The notes: generated by a model from the letters alone, not told the origin. A DNA stretch of 64,000 nt from Candidatus Moanibacter sp. (GCA_965215885.1 CBDCEW010000097.1:32001-96000); one strand, 5' to 3'; counted from the stretch's first letter, positions 1 to 10,521 are shown. Numbers and translations are program-made.

Positions 1-852
1 CTCCTCTGTGCCGAGATCGATCTCTCCGTCGCACTTGTGGCGACGCTATCGGCCTGCCAAATGGGTGTTCTTTATAAGTGGATCCTTGACCACGGCCCGA
101 CCATTCTATCCACGATCTCATCCGATGGCACGATCGAGATCACCTTTCCGGGCATCCTGCTCGTCCTCGTTCTCCCTCTCATCTCCGGTCTGCTAATTGG
201 TGTTCTAAACGGCCTGCTTACGGTATGGTCAAGGTTGCCCAGCTTCATCATTACCCTGGCGATGATGGAAATCGCGAGGGGCCTCGGTAGCTACATTACC
301 AGGGGCGCCCAATATCCCGAGATGCCGGGAATTCTTCCAAAGATAGCAAATGAGGGTATCCCTATGGGAGCGACTTTCGAGTTGCCCTACTCCGTATTTG
401 TTTATGGGAGCATCATGATCGCCGCTCATATCATCCTTACCTACACTCGATTCGGTCGTTATATTTATATGACCGGTGGAAATCGAGAAGCGGCCCGGCT
501 TGCCGGAGTCCGCACCGGATTCATCGCCGTTTCCTGTCTCGCCATCTGCGGAATGACCGCAAGCATCGGTGGGCTCATGAACGCGGGCTGGCTCAATAGC
601 GCCGGGATAAACCAGAACCTTCACCTCCTTCTCGAAGCAATCGCTTGCGTTGTCCTGGGAGGCACAAGTCTTTTTGGCGGTGAAGGGGGCATAAAAAACA
701 CCCTTATCGGCGTCCTGGCCTTTACCGTCCTTGACGTCGGGCTCGGCTATGTCACATGGGTGGACGAGTTTCTCCGCCGTTCCGTCATGGGGCTCGTCCT
801 CCTCTCAGCGCTCCTCCTCAACGGAGAGCTCGCAAAAATTCGAAGCGACTGA
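1..852 (+). CDS. Sugar ABC transporter permease (RbsC/BPD_transp_2 family), 5'-partial
   Basis: Frame is open from base 1 (LLCAEIDLSV). Motifs LPSFIITL, TRFGRYIYMTGGNREAARLAGV and IACVVLGGTSLFGGEG; hydrophobic throughout. Confidence 0.9.
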   Translation, partial: LLCAEIDLSVALVATLSACQMGVLYKWILDHGPTILSTISSDGTIEITFPGILLVLVLPLISGLLIGVLNGLLTVWSRLPSFIITLAMMEIARGLGSYITRGAQYPEMPGILPKIANEGIPMGATFELPYSVFVYGSIMIAAHIILTYTRFGRYIYMTGGNREAARLAGVRTGFIAVSCLAICGMTASIGGLMNAGWLNSAGINQNLHLLLEAIACVVLGGTSLFGGEGGIKNTLIGVLAFTVLDVGLGYVTWVDEFLRRSVMGLVLLSALLLNGELAKIRSD

Positions 853-1260
853 TTTACCTCGACGAATCCATTCACGCTCCGCTTCGAAACTGAGCTTGAA
901 AAGAGCCTCATCAAAGGTGATCCAGCGGGGCTCGAATTCCTCTTCTCCGATTCCTTTCGATCCGACGTCTTTTTCTTCCAAACCCATCAGAAAATACACT
1001 TCTGTCCTTTGAATTGATTTCCCCTCCCAGGAGAACTCGACCCGCTGCGAACCTAAATCGGCCAAGACATTCAGATTCGCATATCCACTTTCTTCCGTAA
1101 CTTCCCGTTTCGCCGCCGTCTCGAAATCTTCCCCTTCGTCGAGGTGGCCTTTCGGAAGCCTTACCTCATTGCGTGAAGGCCGGTACAAAACCAACACTTT
1201 TCCACCGTAAACAACAACTCCTCCGGCGGCTGTGTATTCGACCTGCTTCATGTTCCGCAT
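805..1260 (-). CDS. NUDIX hydrolase
   Basis: Nudix box GHLDEGEDFETAAKREVTEESG and AAGGVV N-terminus. Convergent 3' overlap with the permease. Confidence 0.9.
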   Translation of the reverse strand: MRNMKQVEYTAAGGVVVYGGKVLVLYRPSRNEVRLPKGHLDEGEDFETAAKREVTEESGYANLNVLADLGSQRVEFSWEGKSIQRTEVYFLMGLEEKDVGSKGIGEEEFEPRWITFDEALFKLSFEAEREWIRRGKSVASNFCELSVEEER

Positions 1261-1265
1261 TTTAT

Positions 1266-1364
1266 AGTAAAGATCCTCGGGGCAAGCCCCGAGGCATTTG
1301 ATATTAGACTTTATGAATTAGAAACGAAGCAAGCTTCGGGGAATTAAACCCGAAGCGATTAAAA
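1266..1364. repeat. 99-bp two-hairpin dispersed element, copy 1 (REP/IS200-IS605-end-like)
   Basis: Hairpins CCTCGGGGC-AA-GCCCCGAGG and GCTTCGGG-GAATTAAA-CCCGAAGC. Exact reverse-complement copy at 45359-45457. Confidence 0.9.
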
Positions 1365-2744
1365 CTCAGCGTTGCCGGGAGTTCGTGGGAAGGGAATGAC
1401 GTCTCGTATGTTTGCAACCCCGGTGACGAACATGAGCATTCGCTCGAATCCGAGACCAAACCCGCTGTGGGGGACGGAACCGTATTTGCGCAGTTCGAGG
1501 TACCACCAGTACTCCTCCTTACTGATGCCGTGCCGATCCATATTTTCTTCGAGGACGGAGAGCCGCTCTTCGCGTTGACTGCCGCCCACGATCTCTCCAA
1601 TTCCAGGCACAAGCACATCCATGGCTCGGACGGTGGCGCCGTCGTCATTCGCTCGCATGTAGAAAGGCTTTATCTCCTTGGGGTAGTTGTAAACGGTAAC
1701 AGGGCATTTGAAGTGCTCTTCCGTGAGATAACGTTCATGCTCCGATTGCAGATTCGTTCCGTAGACAGGCGTAAACTTGAAGTCGCGCTCCGATTTATGT
1801 AAGATCTCCACGGCCTCGGCATAGGTTATGCGGCGAAAAGGTCGCTCCAGGACAAACCGCAGCCGATCCATCAGCTCTCGGTCAACGAAACGCGCAAAGA
1901 GGGCCAGGTCCTCTGCGCAATTCTCAATCGTATCTCTGATAAGAAACTTTACGAATTCTTCGGCGAGATCCATGTTACCGTCCAAATCACAGAAGGCCAT
2001 CTCCGGTTCGATCATCCAGAATTCACTGGCATGGCGGGAGGTGTTGGAATTCTCCGCCCGAAAGGTCGGACCGAAAGTATAGACGTTGGAAAAGGCGGAG
2101 GCGAGTATCTCCGCTTCGAGCTGTCCGCTCACCGTCAAATACGTGGGTCGCGCGAAGAAATCGTTCTCAGGACCCCCTGTTTTTCCACCGTCAGACGGGG
2201 CGCCGGAGTCAAGCGTGGTAACCCGAAATAGCTCCCCTGCTCCTTCACAGTCGCTAGCCGTGATAATTGGCGTGTGGACATGAAGAAAGTCTCTCTCCTG
2301 AAAGAAGCAATGAATTGCATACGCCAGGCGACTGCGTATGCGAAAGACGCATCCGAAAAGATTGGAGCGTGGGCGCAAGTGGGCAATTTCCCGCAGAAAC
2401 TCCTGCGTGTGACGCTTCTTTTGTAAGGGATAAGACTGCTCCGAAGCACCAATCAACTCCACTGACTCCGCCGCAATCTCCCACTTCTGTCCCTTTCCCT
2501 GCGATGCTACTATCCTTCCCCGGACCGCAATCGCTGCCCCTGTCGTAATCCGGTCGATTCCCGCATAATCCGGGATCGAAGCGTCGACCACAATCTGGAT
2601 GTTACTCAGGCAGGAACCGTCGTTGACTTCGACGAAGGAGAAGCCCTTCGCATCCCGGCGCGTTCGAACCCAACCCAGAACGTAAACGGAGTCCCTCTCC
2701 GATACGCTACGCAGCGCCTCTTTTACCAGGGTCCTTTCAATCAT
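1359..2744 (-). CDS. asnS: Asparagine--tRNA ligase
   Basis: OB-fold GWVRTRR, YLTVSGQL, GPTFRAENSNTSRH, EIVGGSQRE and GFGLGFER...IPFPR. Confidence 0.97.
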   Translation of the reverse strand: MIERTLVKEALRSVSERDSVYVLGWVRTRRDAKGFSFVEVNDGSCLSNIQIVVDASIPDYAGIDRITTGAAIAVRGRIVASQGKGQKWEIAAESVELIGASEQSYPLQKKRHTQEFLREIAHLRPRSNLFGCVFRIRSRLAYAIHCFFQERDFLHVHTPIITASDCEGAGELFRVTTLDSGAPSDGGKTGGPENDFFARPTYLTVSGQLEAEILASAFSNVYTFGPTFRAENSNTSRHASEFWMIEPEMAFCDLDGNMDLAEEFVKFLIRDTIENCAEDLALFARFVDRELMDRLRFVLERPFRRITYAEAVEILHKSERDFKFTPVYGTNLQSEHERYLTEEHFKCPVTVYNYPKEIKPFYMRANDDGATVRAMDVLVPGIGEIVGGSQREERLSVLEENMDRHGISKEEYWWYLELRKYGSVPHSGFGLGFERMLMFVTGVANIRDVIPFPRTPGNAEF

Positions 2745-2746
2745 CT

Positions 2747-3094
2747 CTAGAAATCATAGATGATTCTTCGACCATTGACGATGGTGGCTATTCGCGTTGT
2801 GTCCGTGTTTATTGTAATTACGTAAGTCTCGTCGGCCACCTGATCGAGGGTGCTGATATGGAGTTCCGTTCCGATTATTTTCGCGGTCGTCACCTGGGAC
2901 GCCCCTTCATCGAGCATGTACTGTTGCGCTGCCGAAGCGATCTGGCGCAGGTTATTCGTCACCGCTTTGTCTTGGGACGTCGCTCGCACCTTGTTAAATG
3001 CTGGTATCGCCATGGCCGCCAACAAACCGATAATAACGACCACAATCATAATTTCGACAAGCGTAAACCCTTTCAGTTGAGATACTGATTTCAT
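2747..3094 (-). CDS. Type IV pilin-like protein
   Basis: Prepilin cleavage/methylation motif KG|FTLVEIMIVVVIIGLLAAMAIP. Confidence 0.92.
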   Translation of the reverse strand: MKSVSQLKGFTLVEIMIVVVIIGLLAAMAIPAFNKVRATSQDKAVTNNLRQIASAAQQYMLDEGASQVTTAKIIGTELHISTLDQVADETYVITINTDTTRIATIVNGRRIIYDF

Positions 3095-3117
3095 GGTTTG
3101 GAACTTATTCTAAGACT

Positions 3118-4972
3118 CTAGTCCTAAAATAAGCGCGTTTAAAGGTTGAACAGGAAACTTCGTTATTCCTAACGTTATTTGCCATGCTGGCGGTAGTTTT
3201 GCCGCCGCCACCCTTGGGCTGGTTTCATGTTTTGCTTTTTTTGAGTCATATCCGTTCTGTTTTAACGTTAGTTCTGTCCCCTTTTTTGGATACGCCGACA
3301 GTCCTTCCGTTGTGGCTGTGCGTTCGCGGTTACTTGATCTGCTACCCAGGCGACATAGATCGGAATCGCTCCCAGGTGCTGATAAAATCTCCCATCCACT
3401 CGTTCCAGCTTAAAAGCCGATAAACAATTCGGCGCCCGCTTCGGATGATTTGCGCGGGGAGCAAGATGATGGCGTGAAGGAAGCGCCGAAACTCCATCTT
3501 CACGATCTCCAACCCCCGCTGGCGGTTGGGCATGAGTAATCCATACCACGCCTTCAGGTTCCAGGCCAATGCTGTCATTACCATATAGGCCCAATTGCTC
3601 AAAAGATCATCCACGGGCATACGCATCGCATTAACCCCGTTTTTGAGTTGCTCAATAACGTTCTCCTGATCGCAGCGTTGATTCGCAAAGGCGACCACCT
3701 GCTCCTTAGTCAGGTCCCTACGATTTGTGATATAAAAAAAGTAGCGGATCTCATCAAAGAGCACTACTTCGCCCTTTTGCACACTGATGTTCTTACGCAC
3801 CACCACCATCCGATAGGTCTTTTTGCACTTGTTGGGCCGATAGTCCAACTCGGCCACACTTTCTGCCTCCAGCACCTTGTTTTCAAAACCCTTCTGGTGC
3901 ACGATCCCTTCCTTCACTCGCGGCGCTTTAGCTCTCGATTCGGTCGCTATTTCATGCTTGGGCAACCGCTCCAGTTCGCTCCAGGCCGTCTCTCTGAACT
4001 CCTCGGCCAGTCCCACCACTTTGGGATGCGCATCCATTCCGAAGATAAATCCCGTTCCTTCTTCATCCCACCGATCGAAGTTTTCTGTCAACGAAAAGTC
4101 CGTATCCCCTCGCAAGCAGATTTTCCCCGCATGCGCACGCACAAGTTCCACCGCCCGATCAATCCACTTTACGCATCCCTCATGGCTAGTCTCATTGCCC
4201 GGTCGATTCACCATGTAGAGCACTTCCCTGGTATTTGCCAAACTCACGATCAGCGGTGCATAGCCCCAGATCCCCTTATAGCTTATTCCCATACCCCCTT
4301 TGCACTTCCCTCTCGTCTGCGCTATCGTCCCGTCCACATCGATGAACGCCTCCTCCATGAATCCTTTTGCCTGCTTGTTCCACACCCCTTGCCGTATCCG
4401 GTTGATCCCTTCCATCAATTTTTCGATCGCGCCTTCATCAAAGCGTCGGGTGAAGTCTCCACTGGTCGTCGGATCCGGTATCCTCTGCGCTCCTAAGGCA
4501 TTCAGAAAAACCTCGTCCTTGCGGCGCAATTCGATGTCTTCGAGCCGGATCCCTCCCAATAATGCGTTGTAGGCTATGTTGAGCACATGATCACTCTCAT
4601 GATACGGCAGGTGGCGCTTGAGCAACTGCACGCTCTGGTCGAGCTCTTCCACCAACCCCAGTCTCTTCACCATCAGGTGAATCGCTCCTATCCCTCCACA
4701 ACTCACCCCTTTGCCTCGTTCGGCCGTCTCGTAGTGGATGTTGCTCGCTTTGAACATCGGTTTGGCCTGTTCAGGCCAGCCCCGATTTCTAAGCCGCTGC
4801 TTTATTCTTCTCTTGCTATTGTGGAGGTTCTTGCGGTATCTTCTTTTCACTCGAAACGTCCTTTTTTTCTGGGTGGTTTTTTTGGTCGATTAACAGTTTT
4901 CCCAGTATCTAAGCGCGTTTCGAGCTTTTTATTGCGTTAGGTATATTCCAATCACACTTGTTCGAGGTCTAG
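3118..4972 (-). mobile_element. IS1380-family insertion sequence
   Basis: Imperfect IRs ctagtcctaaaataagcg and (rc) ctagacctcgaacaagtg, with CTAG at both ends, enclosing a transposase gene. Confidence 0.8.
3342..4850 (-). CDS. IS1380-family DDE transposase
   Basis: DVDGT, RGDTDF, RCDQENVIEQLK and WAYMVMTALAWNL motifs. Confidence 0.9.
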   Translation of the reverse strand: MKRRYRKNLHNSKRRIKQRLRNRGWPEQAKPMFKASNIHYETAERGKGVSCGGIGAIHLMVKRLGLVEELDQSVQLLKRHLPYHESDHVLNIAYNALLGGIRLEDIELRRKDEVFLNALGAQRIPDPTTSGDFTRRFDEGAIEKLMEGINRIRQGVWNKQAKGFMEEAFIDVDGTIAQTRGKCKGGMGISYKGIWGYAPLIVSLANTREVLYMVNRPGNETSHEGCVKWIDRAVELVRAHAGKICLRGDTDFSLTENFDRWDEEGTGFIFGMDAHPKVVGLAEEFRETAWSELERLPKHEIATESRAKAPRVKEGIVHQKGFENKVLEAESVAELDYRPNKCKKTYRMVVVRKNISVQKGEVVLFDEIRYFFYITNRRDLTKEQVVAFANQRCDQENVIEQLKNGVNAMRMPVDDLLSNWAYMVMTALAWNLKAWYGLLMPNRQRGLEIVKMEFRRFLHAIILLPAQIIRSGRRIVYRLLSWNEWMGDFISTWERFRSMSPG

Positions 4973-5246
4973 TGTCGTGTGTCACAAATAGGCATATCCA
5001 ATGTGGAGGCGCCATGGGGTCGATAGCAAGGCGGGACAAACCGGGAATGCCCGTCGGCCTTGCGGGTTTGTCCGAACGCCGCTAGCGACCCGATGCCGCT
5101 CCACCCTTGGGGCTAGGCTCTTTTCAACCTCAGCCGCGTTGCCCGCGCCGGGCGGGGCCGCACGGGCCCAGCATCGGCGCGGCCGCCTTGCTGAGGCTGA
5201 AAATGGCTCTGGCATTGGGATGCTTATTTGTGACACACGACACGAG
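4969..5246. mobile_element. MITE with long terminal inverted repeats and internal hairpins
   Basis: Left gtgtcgtgtgtcacaaataggcat versus right (rc) gtgtcgtgtgtcacaaataagcat. Ends are CTAG and CGAG; no credible ORF inside. Confidence 0.85.
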
Positions 5247-5393
5247 AAGCTGAAGCGACGCTCGGCCAAACCGAGGGAAGCTCGTCCGAACATTATTTCG
5301 CTAATTTTTGCGCAAATATGCCGATAACTATACCGGTTGAGCCACTTCCACGCAAAAGAAAAATCGAGGGAGATATATCAATACGAGACGTCT

Positions 5394-6284
5394 ATGAAGG
5401 ACTACTATCGCGTCTTGCGAATTTCCCATAACGCATCAGAAGAGCAAGTCAGGAAGGCCTTTCGCAATCCGTTGCTTTCCCGGCTCAGCGACGCTTACCG
5501 AAACGAACACAGGAACCTGGATGATTTCATCGAACTGCGTGAAGCATATGAGGCACTGAATCGCTCCGATAAGCGTGAGATTTACGATTCGGCCCTGAGA
5601 GCCTACCGGACGAATGGACGAAAGTATCGGTGGAAAACGGTAAACGGAAGCAGCCCAAACGGCCAAATCCGGAAGCATCACCACGAATCCGGAATTCTCA
5701 CCAGTCACCCGGGCGTCTACTCCCGAGGGGTCGAAGCCCATATGATCAACGGTCCCGCTTTTGCTGCTTGCCCTCGCAATCGAATTACACCCCTGAAAAT
5801 CACCCTGGAACAATCCATTACCGGTTTCTGCCTGCGTTTTCGGGGGGACCACCCATCAGAATTCCCGTCCTCATTGATTCGAATCCCGGGAAAACTCTGG
5901 GAAGGCGCAACCATCGCTGTCCCCGGGTTCGGTTACACGCACCCTTCCTCGCAAGCCGCAGGGGACTTGCACATTATGGCAACCCTCGCCAAACATGATC
6001 TTCTTCGGCTTTACGGTTCCAACCTTTACTTTGACGTCAAACTTAAGCCTTGGGAAGCGGCTGGAGGCACAACGATTGTGGTCCCAACTCTCGAGGGAAG
6101 GGAGATAATCGAGATTCCCCCGAGTCTCAACGGAAGATCCCTTAGACGTCTTCCCAATCGAGGTATCTATAAGAAGAGCGGAAAACGAGGTGACCTCTGG
6201 GTCAATATCGATATCGAAATGGCACCCGCCTGCAGAATTCGAGCCCATAGCCGCCTACTGCCCGGCTGGAAAGCCGGGGCCTAG
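5394..6284 (+). CDS. DnaJ/CbpA-like protein with degenerate J domain
   Basis: MKDYYRVLRIS...F.ELREAYEAL...R..YD J-domain; DnaJ C-terminal motifs GDLHI, PWEAAGGTTIVVPTLEG and RGDLWV. HPD motif absent. Confidence 0.8.
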   Translation: MKDYYRVLRISHNASEEQVRKAFRNPLLSRLSDAYRNEHRNLDDFIELREAYEALNRSDKREIYDSALRAYRTNGRKYRWKTVNGSSPNGQIRKHHHESGILTSHPGVYSRGVEAHMINGPAFAACPRNRITPLKITLEQSITGFCLRFRGDHPSEFPSSLIRIPGKLWEGATIAVPGFGYTHPSSQAAGDLHIMATLAKHDLLRLYGSNLYFDVKLKPWEAAGGTTIVVPTLEGREIIEIPPSLNGRSLRRLPNRGIYKKSGKRGDLWVNIDIEMAPACRIRAHSRLLPGWKAGA

Positions 6285-6372
6285 CGCAATGTAGCCGCAT
6301 CTGGAAAGTTGGCATCCCACTCTCCCTACCCGAGTAGCGCATGCAGGTTTTGGAGATACGGAGGCATTATCC

Positions 6373-6869
6373 ATGAAAGCGATGAAGGCCACTGCGGCGG
6401 TAGCGGTGGAGGAAGCAATGGTCGATTTCGACGCCATCGAACCGGAACCCGAAGCGACTTTTGTCCAGGCCGAACAGCACGAGCTTCCCCACGCATTTGA
6501 ATACGCCCTCCCACAGCGTATCACCGCGACCTCGGGTAGCGGCGAGACGCTCCTGCCACTCCATACGCGAGAAACGGAAACCAATTTCTTCGTATACTCT
6601 GTGCCCAAACTTGACCCGATGCCTTATCTTGTTTGCGGCACGACGGCTGAAAGCACCCTGCTTTCCGGCAGATTAAACATCCATTTCGGCGGGCGCTTTG
6701 TCGGCGGATCTACTCTCTCCGAAAAAAGGGCCGGAGAAGACCTCATGGCGAATCTCGGCGTAGAGAGAAAAGTCAAGGTGCTACGTGAGAAGATAACCGA
6801 CAAGCGGACGGAGACTTTCTTCGGAGTGGTTGACCGCCAAAGCGTCGCCCGAGAGCTCGAATATCGCAA
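6373..6869 (+). pseudogene. Internal fragment of a DUF4139/MuiA-family protein
   Basis: AFEYALP...SG...YSVPKLDP.PYL...LLSGRLNIHFGGRFVG...NLGVERKVKV. Similarity stops abruptly at RELEYR, where the convergent gene ends; no N-terminal half. Confidence 0.65.
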
Positions 6870-7367
6870 CTACCAGCCGCGCTCGAACATACCGAACTTT
6901 CGTTCGGGCCCACGCATTAATCGACGTTTCGCTTCAACTTCCCTGAGCCGTAAGACCTGATCGCCTTGATTGATGCCAGGACAATGCTCGCCGGTCTCGT
7001 TCCATGTTTCCTCACTCTCGAGAATAGACGGCCAGAAAGGCCACGCCTGACATTGAAGCGGCTTGGCGCCATGCACCGAACAGACTGCCTTTCCCGGTAT
7101 CCGATTTCTATCCAGGAAAATGCAATCCGAGTTTCCCTCATCATCCTGTGTCGGCTTCATTTTGAGCACTCGTTTTCTCCCGTAGAGGGAAAGCGTAGTG
7201 TAGCGCCGTTGAAATTCACGGTGTGACAATTTCAGATGCTTCGCCAACTTTCGGGAATCTTTAACCAGCAGGGTTATCTCGCCATTGGGTCCCGTACAAC
7301 AATTGCCGCACATCGTGCACTGGAATTTCAAACCCTCCGCATACCAGGACTGTGCTTTCTTCAACAT
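6870..7367 (-). CDS. YkgJ/UPF0153 cysteine-cluster (Fe-S/Zn) protein
   Basis: FQCTMCGNCC, CIFL, CSVHGAKPLQCQAWPFW and CPGI. Confidence 0.88.
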   Translation of the reverse strand: MLKKAQSWYAEGLKFQCTMCGNCCTGPNGEITLLVKDSRKLAKHLKLSHREFQRRYTTLSLYGRKRVLKMKPTQDDEGNSDCIFLDRNRIPGKAVCSVHGAKPLQCQAWPFWPSILESEETWNETGEHCPGINQGDQVLRLREVEAKRRLMRGPERKFGMFERGW

Positions 7368-7442
7368 GTGCTACAATTCCACTTCCTTCCCAAAGTTACC
7401 TCAATTATACGGAGACTCTCCCCGACAGCAAGAAGCCATTCA

Positions 7443-7484
7443 CTTCTAATAACCTGTCGGACCTTGCCGACAGGTTATTAGAAG
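7443..7484. repeat. 18-bp perfect-stem hairpin (collapsed MITE of the CTGTCGGAC family; possible terminator after hydA)
   Basis: cttctaataacctgtcgg-accttg-ccgacaggttattagaag. Confidence 0.7.
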
Positions 7485-7597
7485 CGAAGCGGAAAAACAG
7501 AAGCTTCTTAAGGGCATGACCCCGAACGGCGGATAAATCTGCAAAAACTTTAAGACCAAGAGCCTTCACGCTAAACGCGTAGCAAAAGAATTCCGGG

Positions 7598-8980
7598 TTA
7601 GAAATGAGTCGGTTCTCTCTCGAGGAACCGTCCCCGGCCTGGCTCTCCCACGAACTCTCCGTCGCGCACTGCCACTTTTCCGCGCACCGTTACTATTTCC
7701 GGCCGGCCTTCGATTTCAAATCCTTCGAATCCGCTATAGTCGACATTCATGTGATGGGTCTTCACTGAGATTACGCCTCTAAAGTCGGGATCATAGACCA
7801 CCAGATCGGCATCGCTGCCGACCTGAATCGTCCCCTTTTTCGGAAAGAGTCCGAAGATCTTCGCCGCCCGGGTGCTGGCCACATCAACGAATTTGTGAAT
7901 ATCGAGCTTCCCCTTCTTCACCCCATACGAATACAGGATTTTGACCCGCTCCTCAACCGACGGCACACCGTTTGGGATTTTTGTGAAGTCGTCCTTCCCC
8001 ATTGGCTTCTGCCCTTCAAAATCGAAAGGCGCATGGTCAGTGCCGACCGTGCTGATAAATCCATTGCTCAGCCCGTTCCACAAAGGTTCCTGGTTGCTCT
8101 TCTCACGAATGGGGGGCGACATTACCCATTTTGCGCCTTCAAAATCGGGCCGTTCCGCATATGAACTATCCAAGACGAGATATGGAGCGATGGTTTCCAC
8201 AAAGATCTTAATACCACGATTTCTTGCTGACTGCGCCACTTGCAATGAAGCCTCACAACTCGTGTGCACGACATAGACATGAGCGGCGTGAAGACCGGCG
8301 AAAGTGCAGAGATGATAGACACCGTATGCCTCCACTTCTACCGGCCGGCTCTTTTCATGCCATTCCGTTCCCGTTTTTCCCTCAGCGATAAACTGTTTTT
8401 GCCGTTCTTCCACTGCGGTGGGGTTTTCGCAATGCGCTGTCGTGATAATCCCGTGGGCCTTGGCAAACTGCAGAGTCTTGTAGAGTTCGATGTCTGTGAC
8501 TCCGAAGGCGTCCTTGTAGGCGAGGAATATCTTAAACGACGCAATCCCCCGATCGATGGCTTCCTTTAACTGGGATTCAACCGATTCATCCCATCGCGTT
8601 ACGCCGAGGTGAAACGTCCAGTCGCAGGCAGAGATGCCGGTTGCCTTTGAGCTCCACAGTTCGAATGCTTCGAGCGGCTCATCCGTCCGCGCGGGCACAA
8701 CCATCTCGATATATGTGGTGGTACCACCGCAAAGAGCCGCCTGACTACCCGTGGCATGGGTGTCCTTCGCAAACGTTCCCATAAACGGGAGATAGAAATG
8801 GACGTGCGGATCGATGAACCCGGGAAAAACCTGTTTGCCGGTCGCGTCTATGATATCAGCATCGGAGGGCGCATCCAGATTTTCCCCGATGCGGGTAATC
8901 TGTTCATCTTCGCAGAAGATGTCGGCGAAGAAGCGCTCGCTCGCCGTGATGACCTCACCATTCCTGATCAGTAGCGACAT
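7598..8980 (-). CDS. hydA: Dihydropyrimidinase / D-hydantoinase
   Basis: PGFIDPHVH, SFKIFLAY (carbamylated Lys), AHCEN, VHTS, SPPIR, GTDHAPF and IPNGVP. Confidence 0.93.
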   Translation of the reverse strand: MSLLIRNGEVITASERFFADIFCEDEQITRIGENLDAPSDADIIDATGKQVFPGFIDPHVHFYLPFMGTFAKDTHATGSQAALCGGTTTYIEMVVPARTDEPLEAFELWSSKATGISACDWTFHLGVTRWDESVESQLKEAIDRGIASFKIFLAYKDAFGVTDIELYKTLQFAKAHGIITTAHCENPTAVEERQKQFIAEGKTGTEWHEKSRPVEVEAYGVYHLCTFAGLHAAHVYVVHTSCEASLQVAQSARNRGIKIFVETIAPYLVLDSSYAERPDFEGAKWVMSPPIREKSNQEPLWNGLSNGFISTVGTDHAPFDFEGQKPMGKDDFTKIPNGVPSVEERVKILYSYGVKKGKLDIHKFVDVASTRAAKIFGLFPKKGTIQVGSDADLVVYDPDFRGVISVKTHHMNVDYSGFEGFEIEGRPEIVTVRGKVAVRDGEFVGEPGRGRFLEREPTHF

Positions 8981-9005
8981 GGAAGTCTATCTTACTCGGA
9001 TGCTT

Positions 9006-10521
9006 TCACTTCCGCCAGACATCGCCCTCCCCCTCGGCGAACCAGCGTGAAGTCACCACTCTTTGCTGGGTATAGAAGGCGATCCCCTCCTTTCCCTGGA
9101 TATGCATATCGCCGAAGAAGGATGCGTTCCAACCCGTGAAAGGGAAAAGTGCAACGGAGGCGGGCACAGCGACGTTTAAACCGACCATCCCTACATTCAC
9201 CCGGTGTTTGAATTCACGTGCTGCCTTTCCGGAATTTGTATAGATAGCCGTTCCATTGCCAAAAGGCGAACGGTTGGCCAATTCGACCGCAGCATCAAAA
9301 TTCTCAACGCGTATGACGTTTAATACCGGCCCAAATACCTCCTCCCGGGCAATCGTCATACCCTCTTCCACATGGTCGACCAGCGTAGCGCCAACGTAGA
9401 ATCCGTTCGGCGCCTCTTCCACCTTGACCCCGCGACCATCACTCAAAACCTTCGCTCCCTGCTCTTCGGCATCGGTAACGAGGCCGTTAACCCGATCTCG
9501 ATGCTCGCCCGTGATGACCGGCCCCAACTCGGGCTGAGCTCGCCCATGCGCCCCAATCCGTCGTCGGACCCAACTTGATCCCATCAGTCGCCTCTTTGAG
9601 AACCGGGATGAGACGATCGGCGGCCTCACCCACCGTCACAGCGGTCGAACTCGCCATGCACCTTTCCCCGGCGCATCCGTAAGCGCCGCCCGCCACGCCG
9701 TCCACCGTCTTCGCGATGTCCGCATCCGGCATAACGATGATAAGATTCTTGGCGCCTCCGTTGGCCTGAACTCGTTTGCCGTTCTTCGTCCCCGTCTCAT
9801 AGATATAACGTGCCACCGGTGTCGAACCCACAAACGAAACGGCCTTGATATCGGGATGCGTCAGGATGCTATCGACACTCTCTCGAGCGCCGTGCACGAT
9901 ATTCAGGACACCCTTCGGGAGGCCCGCTTCGACCAACAATTCAATGATGCGCACAGCGGAGAGAGGAACCTTCTCGCTCGGTTTCAGTACAAAAGTATTC
10001 CCGCATACCAAAGCTAACGGAAACATCCACATCGGTACCATGACGGGAAAGTTAAAGGGCGTAATCCCGGCGCAGACGCCGACAGGCTCGAAATACGTCT
10101 CACAGTCGATACCGGCAGCAATGTTCTTGATTGAATCTCCCGTCAGAAGTGCAGGAACACCACAGGCATATTCGACATTCTCGAGACCCCGGTAAAGGCT
10201 CCCGCGCGATTCGCCGAGTGTCTTCCCGTGCTCTCTCGTGATCTGCTCAGCAATCGCATCAAAGTTCTCCTCAAGCAGCGCGCGATAGCGGAAAAAGAGA
10301 CGGGCTCGTTCAAGCGGGGGCGTGTCGCGCCAGGCCGGCAAGGCATCGATAGCGGACTGGACCGCCTGATCTACCGTCTCTTTGTTACCGAGGGGCACCT
10401 CGGCGATCACATCACCGGTAGAAGGGTTGTGCACCGGCAGGATATCCAATTCGTTGGCTTCGATCCACTCGCCATCAATGAGCATCGGGCACGGGGCCAT
10501 ATCTTTAACAGTGGAGTTCAT
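9006..10521 (-). pseudogene. mmsA: CoA-acylating (methyl)malonate-semialdehyde dehydrogenase, frameshifted near 9550
   Basis: ITPFNFP, KPSEK, FVGST, GAKN and GERCMA lie in one frame; EEVFGPV, FGNGTAIYT and SFFGD lie in another. The switch falls between KLGPT and QPELGPVI. Confidence 0.85.

Noticed and set aside
3648..4496. Long antisense/alternate-frame ORFs (also 29959-30753, 58813-59607, 61692-62459 and many shorter ones)
   Set aside because: Shadow ORFs overlapping well-supported genes, with no recognisable motifs.
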